This document shows positions 41,166-55,657 of a stretch of 64,000 nucleotides of DNA, one piece after another. The DNA comes from Octopus vulgaris (taxonomy: Eukaryota). Within the stretch, counting starts at the first letter, position 1; each line of letters starts with the position of its first letter. The translations under genes were made by a program, and so were the position numbers. The notes beneath the pieces are model-generated. The model searched no databases and was not told the origin of the DNA. It worked only from the letters and a program-made list of their open reading frames with translations. The DNA lies in the NCBI GenBank assembly GCA_951406725.2, contig OX597814.1, forward strand, positions 220,224,001 to 220,288,000, given 5' to 3'.

Positions 41166-41945
41166 CTGAAGGAAATTAAAAAATAGTTAAAACGAATAAA
41201 GATAAAAGAAACAGTATTTCTATAGCATTAATAAATCTCTGAACGAGATATAAACAGCAACCGCTCGACAACGTAAAGAGTACTAGCCATCTGAATGTGG
41301 CTAGCCACTGGGGGTGGGGTGTTACTGATGCTTTTAGCCCCAGGAAATCAACGTTACCAGCTGGCCTTAGACACAACATTCCAGTGCCCTTGTGTTATTT
41401 GCAAAGGGAGGTCATCCTCCCTCGAAAACCTAAGTGCTACATACGGACTATAGTTTCAAGGTAATTGCCTCTCGTCAATGCATGGTAAACACCGGTTTTC
41501 GATGAAGGAGACCTTTGCAAATAATAATATTTAACGTTTTTCACAGCAACCACTGTCACTGATTTAGAAAAACTGTCTGAAAGCATTAACAAATCTCTGA
41601 ACGAGATATAAACTGTATTTCGTTCTGAAAGAAAAAGAGAAAAAGCAACATATAAACAAAGGTAAAAGAAATAGGCTTCAAATTTATTTCTGTGTACATC
41701 ATGGTTTAATTTTCTAAGCACAGTAGTTATAAATTTATAGGGAAGGAGAATAAGAATGTGTGGTGTTCAGGCCTTTCTCAAGGGCAGTAGTTTGTAATTT
41801 CGTTTTTGGATTTGCTTTGCAAGATTCTTTATATGAGTTTGTGTGTTGAGTCAAAACTATTGAAAAGGTTGCAAGACACAATGAAAATTTTAGGATAATA
41901 AAAGTAAGAAAAAAGTGGAAATTTTACCGGTGAGTGTGTTACATG

Positions 41946-42330
41946 TAGAAGCACTCCGTCAGTTACGACGACGAGGGTTCCGTTTGATCCGATCAACGGA
42001 ACAGCCTGCTCGTGAAATTAACGTGTAAGTGGCTGAGCACTCCACAGACACGTGTACCCTTAACGCAGTTCTCGGGGATATTCAGCGTGACACAGAGAGT
42101 GACAAGGCCGGCCCTTTGAAATACAGGTACAACAGAAACAGGAAGTAAGAGTGAGAGAAAGTTGTGGTGAAAGAGTACAGCAGGGATCACCACCATCCCC
42201 TGCCTGAGGCTCGTGGAGCTTTTAGGTGTTTTCGCTCAATAAACACTCACAACGCCCGATCTGGGGATCGAAACCGCGATCCTACAACCGCGAGTCCGCT
42301 GCCCTAACCACTGGGCCATTGCGCCTCCAC
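41946..42330 (-). mobile_element. SINE family A nested in an older element
   Basis: Full length; 9-bp TSD gtgttacat at 41936-41944 and 42331-42339. Confidence 0.9.
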
Positions 42331-43983
42331 GTGTTACATAATAAGGCACAAAAAGAAAATGACTCTCCCCAGACACAACAGAATAGTTTGTAAGAGAAAT
42401 GAATAAGATTCAAATGGATAAAATGACCAACTTTCACAGCCTCATTTCATTAGTCTCTTACTGTTTGTTGTACAGTGCTTATCATAATAATATAATCCAA
42501 AGGCTGGCGTGTGTCTATGACAGGAGATAGGTTTGCTGTGTACCAATACTTTAATGGTCTCAGTTCTTCCAAACTGGTAGGTTTTGTTCCACACTCACTC
42601 AGACATCCCAACTCATTCAACTGTTACTCTTCTTGTCACTCATTTTGTGTACAACCCTCAGTCTCTTCACAAACAATTAGACCAATTCCTCTTGCTCCAA
42701 AATCTCACCTCTGCAGAACCCCCTCAGTATGAGTCTTGCCTTGCCAATTTTAGAGAAGGGCCTGTGAAAGCCATGGACAGAACATCAGAACATCTTCCAC
42801 CAGGCCCAGCAAGACAAAAAAAAAAAAAAAAAAGGGAACCAGCCAACAAAGCAGTCTCTATATGGCCATTTGACTGCTAGAAATAACAACCTAATTTCCC
42901 TGAAAACCATATTGCACAGTCTTAAAAATGATATCTAATACTACTTGTGATAATGTATTAGATACACCATGTCTGCAAATAAACAAAAAGAAGTAACTGG
43001 AATTATCATTGCTGGAAGGTTTTCATTATAGATTTTCTCAGTCAGGTCTGACCTGGGGCTAAACAGCAACAAAAACAACACAAACCAATGTATGAGCCTT
43101 TATGTAGTCTCTTAATTTGCTAGAAATAACAGTCTTGTAAACCACAAACCTTGTCTTAAAAAAAAACCCTCAAAAAGAACAAAAACAGGACTCACTGGAT
43201 AATGTAGTTTAAGGCAAGTCTGCAACAAAAAAATAGGGTGGTCACAGCCGGAAAGGCTTTGATAATAAGTCTGCTTGATCAGGATTGAGCTGAAACTAAG
43301 CAGTAGCAACAACAGTGCCAATACCTCATGAACTGTTACATAATTTAACAAACTCCATTAATTGCATTTAAAATAGGAGCTGGATTACATCTATACCAGT
43401 AATTGATTGGTACTTCATTTTATTGACCCCAGGAGGGAACAAAGACAAAGTATTTTGTATGATGATCTAATGATTCTGCCAATTCTATCACTCTTAAATA
43501 ATAATAACAGTTGTTTCTAGCATAGGCATAAGGCCTGAATTTTCAGGGGAGTTGAGATTTCTGAATAGATTGACCCCAGTACTTTATTAGTACTTTACCG
43601 GTACTTTATTTTTAACCTATATATATATATATTTGTTTTAAATATTTTAATTAATTGTATCTTATTTTGAAACAAGAATATATTTAAGATATTTCGTATT
43701 TTACAAGATTATTTATGTATATTTATTAATTTATCTAATTAATTATTTTATTATTATTATCTTTAACCTGAAGAGTGGCTATATTTATATTGAAGTGATT
43801 TTACTACTACTACTATTATCATTTCTTAAATATAGCCACAAAACACATGTATATACGTTTTATTACTTTGCACATTACTTAATTATTGTTATATGTTTTA
43901 TCTTATATTTAGTCTTTCTATAATATGTAATTTTTCTAAATGGTATAATTTAATTTTCATTATTGAATTGATAAAAGGTGTTT

Positions 43984-44033
<50 letters not shown>

Positions 44034-45337
44034 GTCCATAAATTATAGACATCACTAAATATATCGCTAATGGCTGTTATATATTTTTGATAACAAAATA
44101 GGTTAGATAGGTTGATGTCTAAATTACAATATTACAATAACCAACAATATGTTGTGCGTGTATAATAATATTACGATCATGAAATTAGCATTAGCTTATC
44201 TCACACTTTCTCATGGAATCCCTTAGAACCTTTTGTGGAACCCTGGTTGAGAAACGCTGCTCTAATGATTCCATCAATATGCCACCCTAATAGTATTCAT
44301 GATTTAGGTTCGAGGCTAGCAATATTGAGAGGGAGTAGATTAGCTGATACCATTGACTCCACTACTTGACTGTTACTTTATGTTATTGACTAATGGTTTC
44401 TAATTTAAGCACAGGGCTAGAAATTTTGAGGTAAGTGAGTTAGTGGGTAGCATTGACTCCAGTGTCATATTTTACAGCATTGTAGACACCAAATTGTGGA
44501 AGATGTACTCTAATTAGGGAAATGTAATCCAAGGAAAAAAAAATCTTTTCATACCTACCAAAGCCCCATGTATGTGACCAAGCAGTTCTTGGTGGGCGTA
44601 ATGCTAAATGTCTGTTCTCAGACAAAATTGGTGAGTAAACCAGTAGAGTACTCATATCCATCTTTTAGTAAAATCACCAGACAATGACCACCTAGCTGGT
44701 GGCTTGTGGTCAGTTATTTATTGTTGTACACAGCAATCATCCACGTGACCATACCACATTTACCACTGTTGACCACCTATCAGCTACTGGCACCTGACTG
44801 CAACTCCTACAAACTACCTCCCATTGACTTCAGAAAATCCCAGCAACAACTTAACTAGCATCACAGAAGACAAATGGTAATTTTCAGGTTTCTTTTTCTT
44901 AACAAAAGGAAAGTGTATTTTCCAGCCAGCAAAATATGGTATTTCACTGGTACTTTATTTTATTGACTCTGGAAGGATGAATAGTTAAATTGGTTTTGGT
45001 AGTATTTGAACTCAGAAAGTCAAGAATCAAAACAAATACTGGAGGCATTTATTCTGATGTTCTGTTGTCTGCTAGCCAACTGTCCTAATAATGATACTAC
45101 TCTTCTACTTCTATCAGGTCACAAACTTTGTCTGGTACTTTATTCGTTGACTCAGGAGGATAAAAAGCTAAACTGACTTTGGTGGGATTTGAAAACACAA
45201 CAGGAGCTGGGATAAACCCTGCAAGTTCTTTCACCTGATGCTCTAATGACTCTGCCAACTTACAACCTATATTGTGTCTGGATCAAATTTAGTTAGAAAC
45301 ACTGTTACACTTACAATTCTTAACAACAACAACAATA

Positions 45338-45370
<33 letters not shown>

Positions 45371-45599
45371 GTAAATGTGGTATGGTCACCATGGTGTGTC
45401 ACGTGGAGCATAAACTGTAAATCCTCTAAATTATAGTCTTATAATTTGAACCAGAAAATGACAGTTTCCAGCCATCTGTTTCACAAAATATCAGTCAAAT
45501 TATTCAATAAAACAAGTAATTTAAAACAGGCCTGGATAAACATAATTTAATTATCGTCATCATTTAACGTTGAAATCTCTCTAAGATGAGTTATTGTTA

Positions 45600-45750
45600 A
45601 TACAATTATAATTTTTCGGACTATTAACCTCATCTTTAGATACAGAAAATGGTTCAATATTTACATCTACAGTGTAGATGTAAAAATAAAACCACTTTTT
45701 CATCTTTAATGATGAGGTTTAATAGTCTGCAAAATTAAATTTAATTGTAT
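45600..45750. repeat. Imperfect fold-back inverted repeat
   Basis: Centre tttacatctaca-g-tgtagatgtaaa; arms pair out to atacaatta / taattgtat. Confidence 0.82.
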
Positions 45751-47268
45751 CATCATAACCACCACCATTGTTTACTATCAATTTTCTTCACTGATATTGA
45801 TCGGAGAGGTCAACAATAGAGTATGACTTCATATGTTACGATCCAAGGGTCATCTCATCAATGAATTCCAATATTCTTAGATTTCACTGAACTGATTAAT
45901 CTTAAATATTTCTTTCTTCCTCTTCTATTTTGTTATCTTGTACCATCAATGTCATCAGCCTATGGCAATAGGTGATTCCAACCTTTTGCTTTTTGGTGCA
46001 AGTAGGCACTTATTACAGTCAGTTTTTTTTTTTTTTTTTCTTTAGCCAGTAACTATCAGCCACCCTTGTTTATAATATACACTTATTAGTGTATTCAATA
46101 CCACTGATACTTAGTTGCTTCCTTACTATACTTACACACACACACAAAAACATATATGCACAATATCTTGTCTTTGTTTGAAGTTAACTCTGCAGTATGT
46201 TTCTGAAAGTTAAAACATTGTTCAGAGCTCTAAAATGCCATGTCTAGAAAAACCAGACAACCATAATTATAATCTACTTAATAAATCCTACTTTGTATTT
46301 ACAATTGCAAGTAATATTAATGTTAGCTAAATGGTGGGTGATCAAGTACATTTTCTTAAATTCCTTCTATTGTTCCAAAGCAAATGTGAAGATAAATTCC
46401 TCAGATCTGGGATTGCCAATACACCGCCAGGAGTTGTTTATTTTGGCTGTAGCAACTACCTACATATCTGAACCAACTGGAAAGAAAGGTTGTCAAGTCC
46501 AGCTTGTGCTGGGTTTCTTAATCTGCGTAATCTTGGATGATATCTTAATTGCAATTATGTAATTGAATTATGACTATGAAAATCACAGATAAAGTAAAAC
46601 AATAATATTTTTATTTGTCTTGTTTTTTTTTGTTTTTCACTAATACTAGATTTCGTTCGGTATGGCAGCGGGTGTAAACAGGCAGGCATGAGATAATAAA
46701 TGAACAAATGTAAAACTAATACTTTTCTCTTGTCATAAATAGGAAAGATATGCAGTATGATTGACCACTCGCCAGTTTTCTGTGTTCTGTGAAATTCATG
46801 CTAAACTAATAGACTTGCAGCATATGCAGTCAGAAATTGCAAGTGGAGTTCTTTAAATTGAACTTCCTTCACAAATTTCTCAACTGAATGCTGCATTGTC
46901 TTTCACTGAGAACAGACACACTCGTATCACTTCAGATGTGCTCCCCTATAACATCCTAAATGGCAACCCACTGTGAGTTGCATTCTTAAATACTTCATGC
47001 AATTCAAAGATCTTTAGCTAAATCCTTATCTATATGTCTCTCCTGCTGGTAGAATTCCATATTTTATCCATTTTTTTTACATACACAACCAAAACATTTG
47101 TTTGTAGTAACTCTGGAACATAAGCTGATGGTGCCTTGTGTATGAAGACCATATAGTTATGTGCTGACTGCCATACTCAACATGAGCTGAAAATAATTTT
47201 AAAATGGAAAGAAAATTTCTCAGTGCTGGAACCACTGGTATTGACTAGTCCCTTGCCCTAAATTTCAT

Positions 47269-47686
47269 AGGCGCAGGAGTGGCTGTGTGGTAAGTAGCTT
47301 GCTAACCAACCACATGGTTCCGGGTTCAGTCCCACTGCGTGGCATCTTGGGCAAGTGTCTTCTGCTATAGCCCCGGGCCGACCAATGCCTTGTGAGTGGA
47401 TTTGGTAGACGGAAACTGAAAGAAGCCTGTCGTATATATGAATATATATATATGTGTGTGTGTATGTGTTTGTGTGTCTGTGTTTGTCCCCCTAGCATTG
47501 CTTGACAACCGATGCTGGTGTGTTTACGTCCCTGTCACTTAGCGGTTTGGCAAAAGAGACCGATAGAATAAGTACTGGGCTTACAAAGAATAAGTCCCGG
47601 GTTCGATTTGCTCGACTAAAGGCGGTGCTCCAGCATGACCGCAGTCAAATGACTGAAACAAGTAAAAGAGTAAAAGAGTAAAGAGA
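47269..47686 (+). mobile_element. SINE family B (young)
   Basis: Full length; agtgct flanks at 47222-47227 and 47686-47691. Confidence 0.88.
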
Positions 47687-47914
47687 GTGCTAACGTAAAC
47701 TGTTTCTCAAAAGGGGTAAGTAGGAAAACTCACAGAATTACAACTGACCAAAAATTAAATTGAACTATGCATTTGGAAAAGTGGGCTTGATCTGATCTTC
47801 CTATTGGCTCTCCATGACAAGGAACAGTCAATATAAAATTATTTAACTACAGTGATGCAGAGTTGAAAGTTTTCCTGAGAAGAAAATTTTTTTAATTAGG
47901 CAATTTATAATGAT

Positions 47915-48130
47915 TGTTTCTTATATAAACAAAAGGCATGAAATTTAGGGCAAGGGACTAGTCAATACCAGTGGTTCCAGCTCTTGAATGATACTCTATT
48001 TATCGATCCCAGAAGGATGAAAGGCAAAGTTAAACTTGATAGGATTTGAACTCAGGGTGAATAGAGTTGAAGCAAATGCTGTGAATCAGTCAACTGAACA
48101 CTTTAATAGGTTTGCTAATTCATGACCCTT
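47915..48130 (-). mobile_element. Old family-D-related SINE (further decayed relatives near 18630, 37830, 43400, 44950, 51545)
   Basis: atcgatcccagaaggatgaaaggcaaagt...ggatttgaactcag. Confidence 0.6.
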
Positions 48131-49014
48131 ATGCAAATCATGATAATGACATGGGAAAATTTCAAGGTACCTTTACATAATTCAATATTTGGTCAACTGA
48201 AATGCTGGGAGTTCTCTCCCTTTGCCACTGATGAAAAATAATTTTTGAAGGTAGGTGGCTAAAGAATTTTCTCATTACACTTACAGATTTTGTGAGTTAA
48301 AATTAATTTTTGGCTCACTGTATCAAGTGTAGTAAGTAGTACTTTACTGTATCCATGCAAAAAGCACCATGCAATATATTCCAATGCCCCTATTTTAAAC
48401 TGTTCATCAATAAATTTTCTTCACAACAAAACTATCAACACTGTAAATTGTGTTATGGTTAGATAACTGTATTGACTGTACTTCACTGAAGAGTTCCAAC
48501 AAGACTAAAACCTGTTTGGAGTTGTCACATTAGCTATTACATATGACTCACTATCTTCTGTATAACCTATAATATCATTCTGTTATAGTTTACGTATGTA
48601 ATGCTTGTCAATGGAACAAAATTGAAGACATAAATTGTTATACGCACAAGATGTGTTTTATTCATGAGGCAATTAATTGAATGATAAGCTATGGAACTAA
48701 ATCAAAGACATAATCATAGATACAACATTTACATTATTTATATTATTCATTAGAAAATTAACTGGGGAAAAAAAATATTCAAAATTCGAGTGTCACTGAT
48801 ACATACAGTAGAAGTCAAGTTTCACTGAGTAAGACCACTTCCTCAACTCAGTAAGTCCATACAAATGCTTTGAGAGTCCATGAATTTGTTGTGAGTGGAT
48901 AAAGTGTGACACAGCACTGAACCTGCATCTCAGCACAATCAGCTTTAAAACCAGTGGCAAAACAGTGGCTGAGACAACCAGATACTACTTGCACTTCAGG
49001 ATTTATAATATGTT

Positions 49015-49271
49015 TATGGTGTCACATAAAAGCGCCGGTACAGTGCCATGTAAAAGTACCCGTGCAGTGTCACATAAAAAACACCCATGCAGTGCCATGT
49101 AAAAGCCTCCAGCACATTTTGTAGGGTGGTTGGCATTAGGAAGGGCATCCCTCCATAGAAACCATGCCAAATTCGACTGAAGACTGGTGCAGCTCCCCAG
49201 CTTGCCAGCTCTGGTCAAACCTTCCAGCCCAAGCCAGCATGGACAACAGACATTAAATGATAATGATGATG
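49015..49271 (+). mobile_element. Family C (diverged)
   Basis: ggttggcattaggaagggcatcc ... cattaaatgataatgatg. Confidence 0.7.
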
Positions 49272-50706
49272 TTTACCTTCTCCCAGAAAACCTTCCATTC
49301 CCAGTGGTTCGCATGTTAGTTAACCCATAGTTGGGACCCTGACAAGTGCTATTACTCTGAGACTGAGTAGATCTGGTAACAATAGTAGCTAAGCGGTGAT
49401 ACAACACTCTTCAAAACCTTGAAACTCCCAAGCTAGAACCCCACTTAGTAGGGCAGTTACTGTGTTTTGTTTACTGGGACTGCGGGGTTAAGACCAGCCA
49501 TATGCACTTTTCTCAGAATGAAAATAAGGATACAGCACAGTATATTATGATCAGTGAAAGTTTTATCAACATAGATACATACTCTATAGAATAACATTAT
49601 AAATACATTTAAATTACTTGCTATGTACATTATTTTTTAAAATCAAATTTCCATTTTAAATTTTAATAACAGCTATATTAGAAAAGTGAGAAGCAGTGAA
49701 TCAGTAATTTTCTTATGGACAACTGTGTGTAGTCATTCTAGATTACATTCACTTGTTGATGTAAATACAAAAATAATAGCTAACAACTCACAAGGTAGAA
49801 GTAGTAAAAAGTATACAACAAAGAATATAGTTTCCCAAGATGTTCTCCCTTCGGTACAATCTTATATGGATTTCCCACCCATCTTAAGAATTAATCACTT
49901 CAGAAAAAGTACAATTCCAAAAGAAATTATGTATTTAATGATTTCCTATAAATGTGCAACAATTTTATATTTTCAAAACGATGGTGAAATTTTTGCAGGT
50001 ATTGTTGATTTATATTAATTTTCTGTTGATTGAAATCCTAGGCGTGTCCCTTATCAAAAACAATGTTATTGATGCTGATGTTACAGTTATAATTAAATTG
50101 ATTTGAAGATCACTTTTGGCTTACTGCATCAAGTATGGTAGCCTGCACTTGTTTATAGCCTTGTTTACTTGACTGTTGTTGTCACCATAATTTTAGCTGA
50201 AGGAGGAGGAGGAGGAGCTACCACTGCCACTGCCACGACCACCACCAATAATGTAGTCTCTTTTGCCATTATTATTACAAGAGGCAGTGGCAGTCACAAT
50301 GAACTTTTGCTTTGATGTATAATTACTTTGATTTGTAGAGGTACAGCAACTGTAAAGTGAAGGTGCTGGACTATTGTTTACCTGGTTGACAGTTCAAGTC
50401 ACACTACAACAAATTTACCTCTCTCTTTCTCTAATGAAGTGCTTTTCCCAAAATCTTAGACTCTACTTCTCCTGCAACAGCATAAAATTTATTCTACAGT
50501 TAGAACTGTCTGTATAGAAATTGGGTTGTCTCTGATGAAGATGCACATAACTTTACTTGCTTCACTTTACATGACTGACAGAAATACAAATTCTGGTGCC
50601 AGTTTGTAATTCTGCTACAAAAACCAAATTGCAAGCAGGGAATGACAGATGGGAAAAGTAAGAGAATATAAATTCTCACTTCTTCATGCTATCTTTTATC
50701 AATAAA

Positions 50707-51106
50707 CTAGCAGTATCGCCCGGCGTTGCTCGGGTTTGTAAGGGAAATAACTATATAAGCATTTATAGAGAGTTACTTCCCTTATATAAACCGAGTGAAA
50801 ATGCATTAAAAATGCGGAAAAATTGTGGTAATTTTTTAAAAAATCGTAGACTCATCGTAGACGCGAGTTACTTCCCTTATATAATAGCAAAAAAAAATGC
50901 ATCAAAAATGGGAAAAAAATGATGGTAAATTTTTTTTTAAATCGTAGACTCATTGTAGACGCGCGCTAATACCCAGAAGGGCTTGATATGAATCACGACT
51001 ATAAGATACCCGGTTTTGGTTAAACTGCACCGCAAAATGTGGGAGTAGTTAGGAATCTAAATCGTAGGAGACAGACAGCACACAACCTCTCTTTTATATA
51101 TAAAGA
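50707..51106 (-). mobile_element. Non-autonomous Helitron (same family as 24724)
   Basis: Reverse complement of 24724-25115 with the same termini and a different internal repeat arrangement. Confidence 0.78.
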
Positions 51107-52721
51107 TTACTCTTTTCCCCAATATATTTATAATTTTATGTATGTATGTATATATGTATGTATGTATGCATGCATGCGTGCACACACACACAAATACGCA
51201 CAGATACATTTGTACATTTTGCATTTATGCATGTCAATACATGGCAATAAACACTTCATAACCTGCTCTCAGTAATGAAAATAGGATCCTAAAGAGACAC
51301 GGAAAATCTTTTAATAAGACAGGAAGATATCTCTGAAGAAGAACAGGTGTGTTCTAAAACTCAATGGAAGTTCCTCCAAGAATTCGATGGAGAAGATGAC
51401 AGGACATAAGAGATGTTCCCCAAAAAACAATAAACAAATTAAAAGAAAAAAATAATTTTTTATACAGTCAGAGATAAGGCAGTGCCTATGATCCTTGTGG
51501 GGAGTCTGAGAGTTGTAAGAGAAAGGGAGGAATATTATATTATCCTCAGGTGGTAAATTGGCAGAGTTGTTAGAATACTGGACAAAATAGCCTATGACAC
51601 TAATTTTAGTTTCTGGCTTTCTTAGTTCAAACCCCACTGAGATCAACTTTGCTTTTTTCCTTCTCGTGTTGCTAAGTAAATGTACCGTTCAAGGGTAGTG
51701 GACAATCAAAATCGTTAGAGCATCAGATGTGGTTGTATAAAGCCAAGTGGTCTGTTGTGGATCTTTACATTCTGGGCTCAAAAGAAAAAAATGAAGACTT
51801 GGTTTGAATGCTTAAAACAAAGAAGATTCTACTAAAAGCAATCAAGAGTTAGAGTCAGGTTTCTGGGCAATGATCAAGTCTGCCACCAGAACATAGAATT
51901 TCTAAAATAAAATAAAAAATAATAATAAAAATAAAAAAATAAAATAAAAATAGAAGAATGTTTTCCTGCAGAATAAAATTTTCTTTGGTTTGATTGGAAA
52001 TACAATGTGTAAGTAATCCTAACAAAGTTTACAGTGAATAGTGTCTGTAAGAACTGGTATAAATAGAATAACTTCCAAATAACCTTTAAAGCAATCCCTT
52101 TTAACCAAAAATACCTGTGACATTTGACTCTCCTGTCTGAGATAAATTTCTATTCAAGATAAAAAAAAAAACAAACAAAAACAAAATAATAACAAATGAA
52201 AGGATATCAAAGTGAAAAGCAACAACAACACCAGTAGCACATTTCACAAATTGAAATGAGGAATTAACAGTTTTTAATCAGGTTTCACTAACGTTGAGGA
52301 TAAAATGAGATTTTTTTTTGCTTACTTAGTTTTTATGAAGAAAATACAAGATCAACATTTACTAAAAGTCTCTTATACATAAAAATATGGTGCTGCCAAA
52401 AAAAAACCGAAAACAAAAAAAAAAACAACAAATTTCCCAACAAACAACTTTTATATCTAAATGACAGTTAAGAAAACTAGGAAATTTGACTGCTGATAAA
52501 GCTTAAAGAGTCACTAAACCAGGGGAACTATTGTGATATTAAGCTCACTACCAATATTGCGACTGTAACTGGTGCTACTAGTGTTGCGTGCATCACTGTG
52601 TGAATGTGTGTGCATGTGCAAGTATATATATATATATATACACACTCACACATATATGCATATATACAAATATATATACATATATGTATACATATGTACA
52701 CTCACACATCCATGCATATTG

Positions 52722-52781
<60 letters not shown>

Positions 52782-52790
52782 CAGAGAGAG

Positions 52791-52859
<69 letters not shown>

Positions 52860-52990
52860 CATACATACACACATACATACATACATACACACACAACTAC
52901 ACATATTTATTTTTGTCCACCCACTCAGCTATGCATTCTCCGACTTCTAGCAAGAGGGAACTAAACAATTTTCAGGAAAGCAGTTAGTTG

Positions 52991-53005
52991 AATAATAATA
53001 ACAAC

Positions 53006-53039
<34 letters not shown>

Positions 53040-53090
53040 TTAATAATGATAATAATAATAGTACTAATAATAATAATAATAATAATAATA

Positions 53091-53148
<58 letters not shown>

Positions 53149-53228
53149 TAATAATAATAGTAATAATGATGCTGACGATGACAATGAATATGATGATGCT
53201 GATACTACTACTAATAATAATACTGATA
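52991..53228. repeat. (AAT)n microsatellite
   Basis: Seen directly. Confidence 0.93.
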
Positions 53229-53415
53229 AGCAAGTGCATCTGACATTTAGAGATTACAGAGTATATACTCATTCTATGCATTCCCCACCTGAAATACGAT
53301 TAGCAGCAGCAGCAGCGGCAGCAGCAGCTAATGTGTTCAATTTGGAAAATGTCTCAAAGTACGCTGCAACATGATTCATTCTGGTTGGAAAAGCTGAAAA
53401 TACAACAGCATGATG

Positions 53416-53535
53416 TATACATACATTCATACATTCACATCTATCCATCCACCCATCAATACATACATACATATGTACAAACATACATACATACATATAT
53501 ACATATGTACAAACATACATACATACATACATACA

Positions 53536-53566
<31 letters not shown>

Positions 53567-53639
53567 GTACAAACATACATACATAGATACATACATACAT
53601 ACATACATACATATGTACAAACATACATACATACATTCA

Positions 53640-53670
<31 letters not shown>

Positions 53671-53731
53671 GTACATACATACATACATACATACATATGT
53701 ACATACATACATACATACATACATTCATACA

Positions 53732-53762
<31 letters not shown>

Positions 53763-53799
53763 GTACATACATACATACATACATACATACATACATACA

Positions 53800-53830
<31 letters not shown>

Positions 53831-53930
53831 GTACAAACATACATATGTACATACATACAAACATACATACATACATACATACATACACACATACATACAT
53901 ACATATGTACAAACATACATACATACATAA
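53416..53930. repeat. (CATA)n array with recurring catatgtacaaa variants
   Basis: Seen directly. Confidence 0.95.
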
Positions 53931-54352
53931 ATGCATATATCTATATATACATATGAATATATACATACATACACACATGCATATGTACACACACATAATT
54001 ATATATGTCTCCATACATATGTATTCATATATATATATATATATATACATACATTATGCACACATGTCTATATACATACACATACATATTGTATGCACTC
54101 ATGTATATTTATATACACATGAACACATACATAAATACATATTGCAATGAAACTTCCAGAGATGGGTTTCACGGTAGGGAGAGAGGTACACACAAAAAAA
54201 AATAAATAAAATAAAGGGGGAAAAAAAAAGGAAATCTTTTTTTCTAATGAAAATCTTCAGTGAAAACTAAAATATAGTGTGACTGGTAAATCACACTGAA
54301 ACCAGTTTCTTTTTTAATGTACAGTTAGGCAGGTGGGAAATAATGTATACAT

Positions 54353-55116
54353 AGGCGCAGGAGTGGCTGTGTGGTAAGTAGCTTGCTAACCAACCACATG
54401 GTTCCGGGTTCAGTCCCACTGCGTGGCATCTTGGGCAAGTGTCTTCTGCTATAGCCCCGGGCCGACCAATGCCTTGTGAGTGGATTTGGTAGACGGAAAC
54501 TGAAAGAAGCCTGTCGTATCATCATCATCATCATCGTCGTTTAGCGTCCGTTTACCATGCTAGCATGGGTTGGACGGTTCTACTGGGGTCTGTGAAGCCA
54601 GAAGGCTTCATCAGGCCCAGTCAAATCTGGCAGTGTTTCTACGGCTGGATGCTCTTCCTAACGCCAACCACTCCGTGAGTGTAGTGGGTGCTTTTTACGT
54701 GCCACCCGCACAGGTGCCAGACAGAGCTGGCAAACGGCCACGAACGGATAGTGCTTTTTATGTGCCACCGGCACAAGGGCCAGGCGAGGCTGGCAACGGA
54801 CACGAAACGGGGCGGTGCTGGCAACGGTCGCGAAACGGAAGGTTCTCTTACATGCCACCAGCACTGGTAACACATCTGCAATTTCCATTGATCGATTTCC
54901 AAGTGTGTGTGTATATGTTTGTCCCTCTAGCATTGCTTGACAACCGATGCTGGTGTGTTTACGTCCCCGTCACTTAGCAGTTCGGCAAAAGAGACCGATA
55001 GAATAAGTACTGGGCTTACAAAGAATAAGTTCATTTGCTCGATTTGCTCGACTAAAGGCGGTGCTCCAGCATGGCCGCAGTCAAATGACTGAAACAAGTA
55101 AAAGAGTAAAAGAGTA
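54353..55116 (+). mobile_element. SINE family B interrupted by a family C insertion (about 54519-54900, minus)
   Basis: B head 54353-54518 and B tail 54903-55116 flank a family C copy inserted at the central microsatellite. Confidence 0.85.
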
Positions 55117-55657
55117 CTTATATAATTTATACATGTATACATACATGTATAAACTATACATGTATATACATTATACGTGTGTGTATGTCTGTCTGAGTGT
55201 ACATGTGTGCGTCTGTGTGGATTGTGTATATTTGTACAAATTATCTTCTAGAATGTGAGTAGCTGTGTAGTTCCTCTACAGCATGAAACCTGTTGCTTCT
55301 GGACCCTTCTCTCTCACTTTAACACCTCATCTCATACATGAATTTGTTTCTCTCTTTCTCTCTCTACCCTAGCGCCACTCAGCTGAAGGAAATTTTAGTC
55401 TTGCGGGTTGCATGGCAACCCCACAAGTGCTGGTGCTATGTACATGCTGTAAAGTGGTTGGCATTAGGAAGGGCATCCAGTATTAGAAACCGTGCCAAAA
55501 CAGGCACTGGCAAATGATCCATCTTTGGATTTGTCGGATCCTCTCAAACAGTACAATCCATGCCAATATGGAAGATAGATGTTAAATGATGATGATGATA
55601 TATAAGCATGTGTATATGTACATGTACCTTTATAAGTGTGTATGTATATATATATAT

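Noticed and set aside
45965-47200. Complex, apparently unique stretch that might be a decayed transposase or pseudogene
   Set aside because: No recognisable motif and frequent stops in the frames I read; cannot be supported without blastx.
53269-53374. Poly-Ala (GCA)n segment as a coding exon
   Set aside because: Embedded between microsatellites, no convincing splice sites, and does not fit the Sdk domain series.
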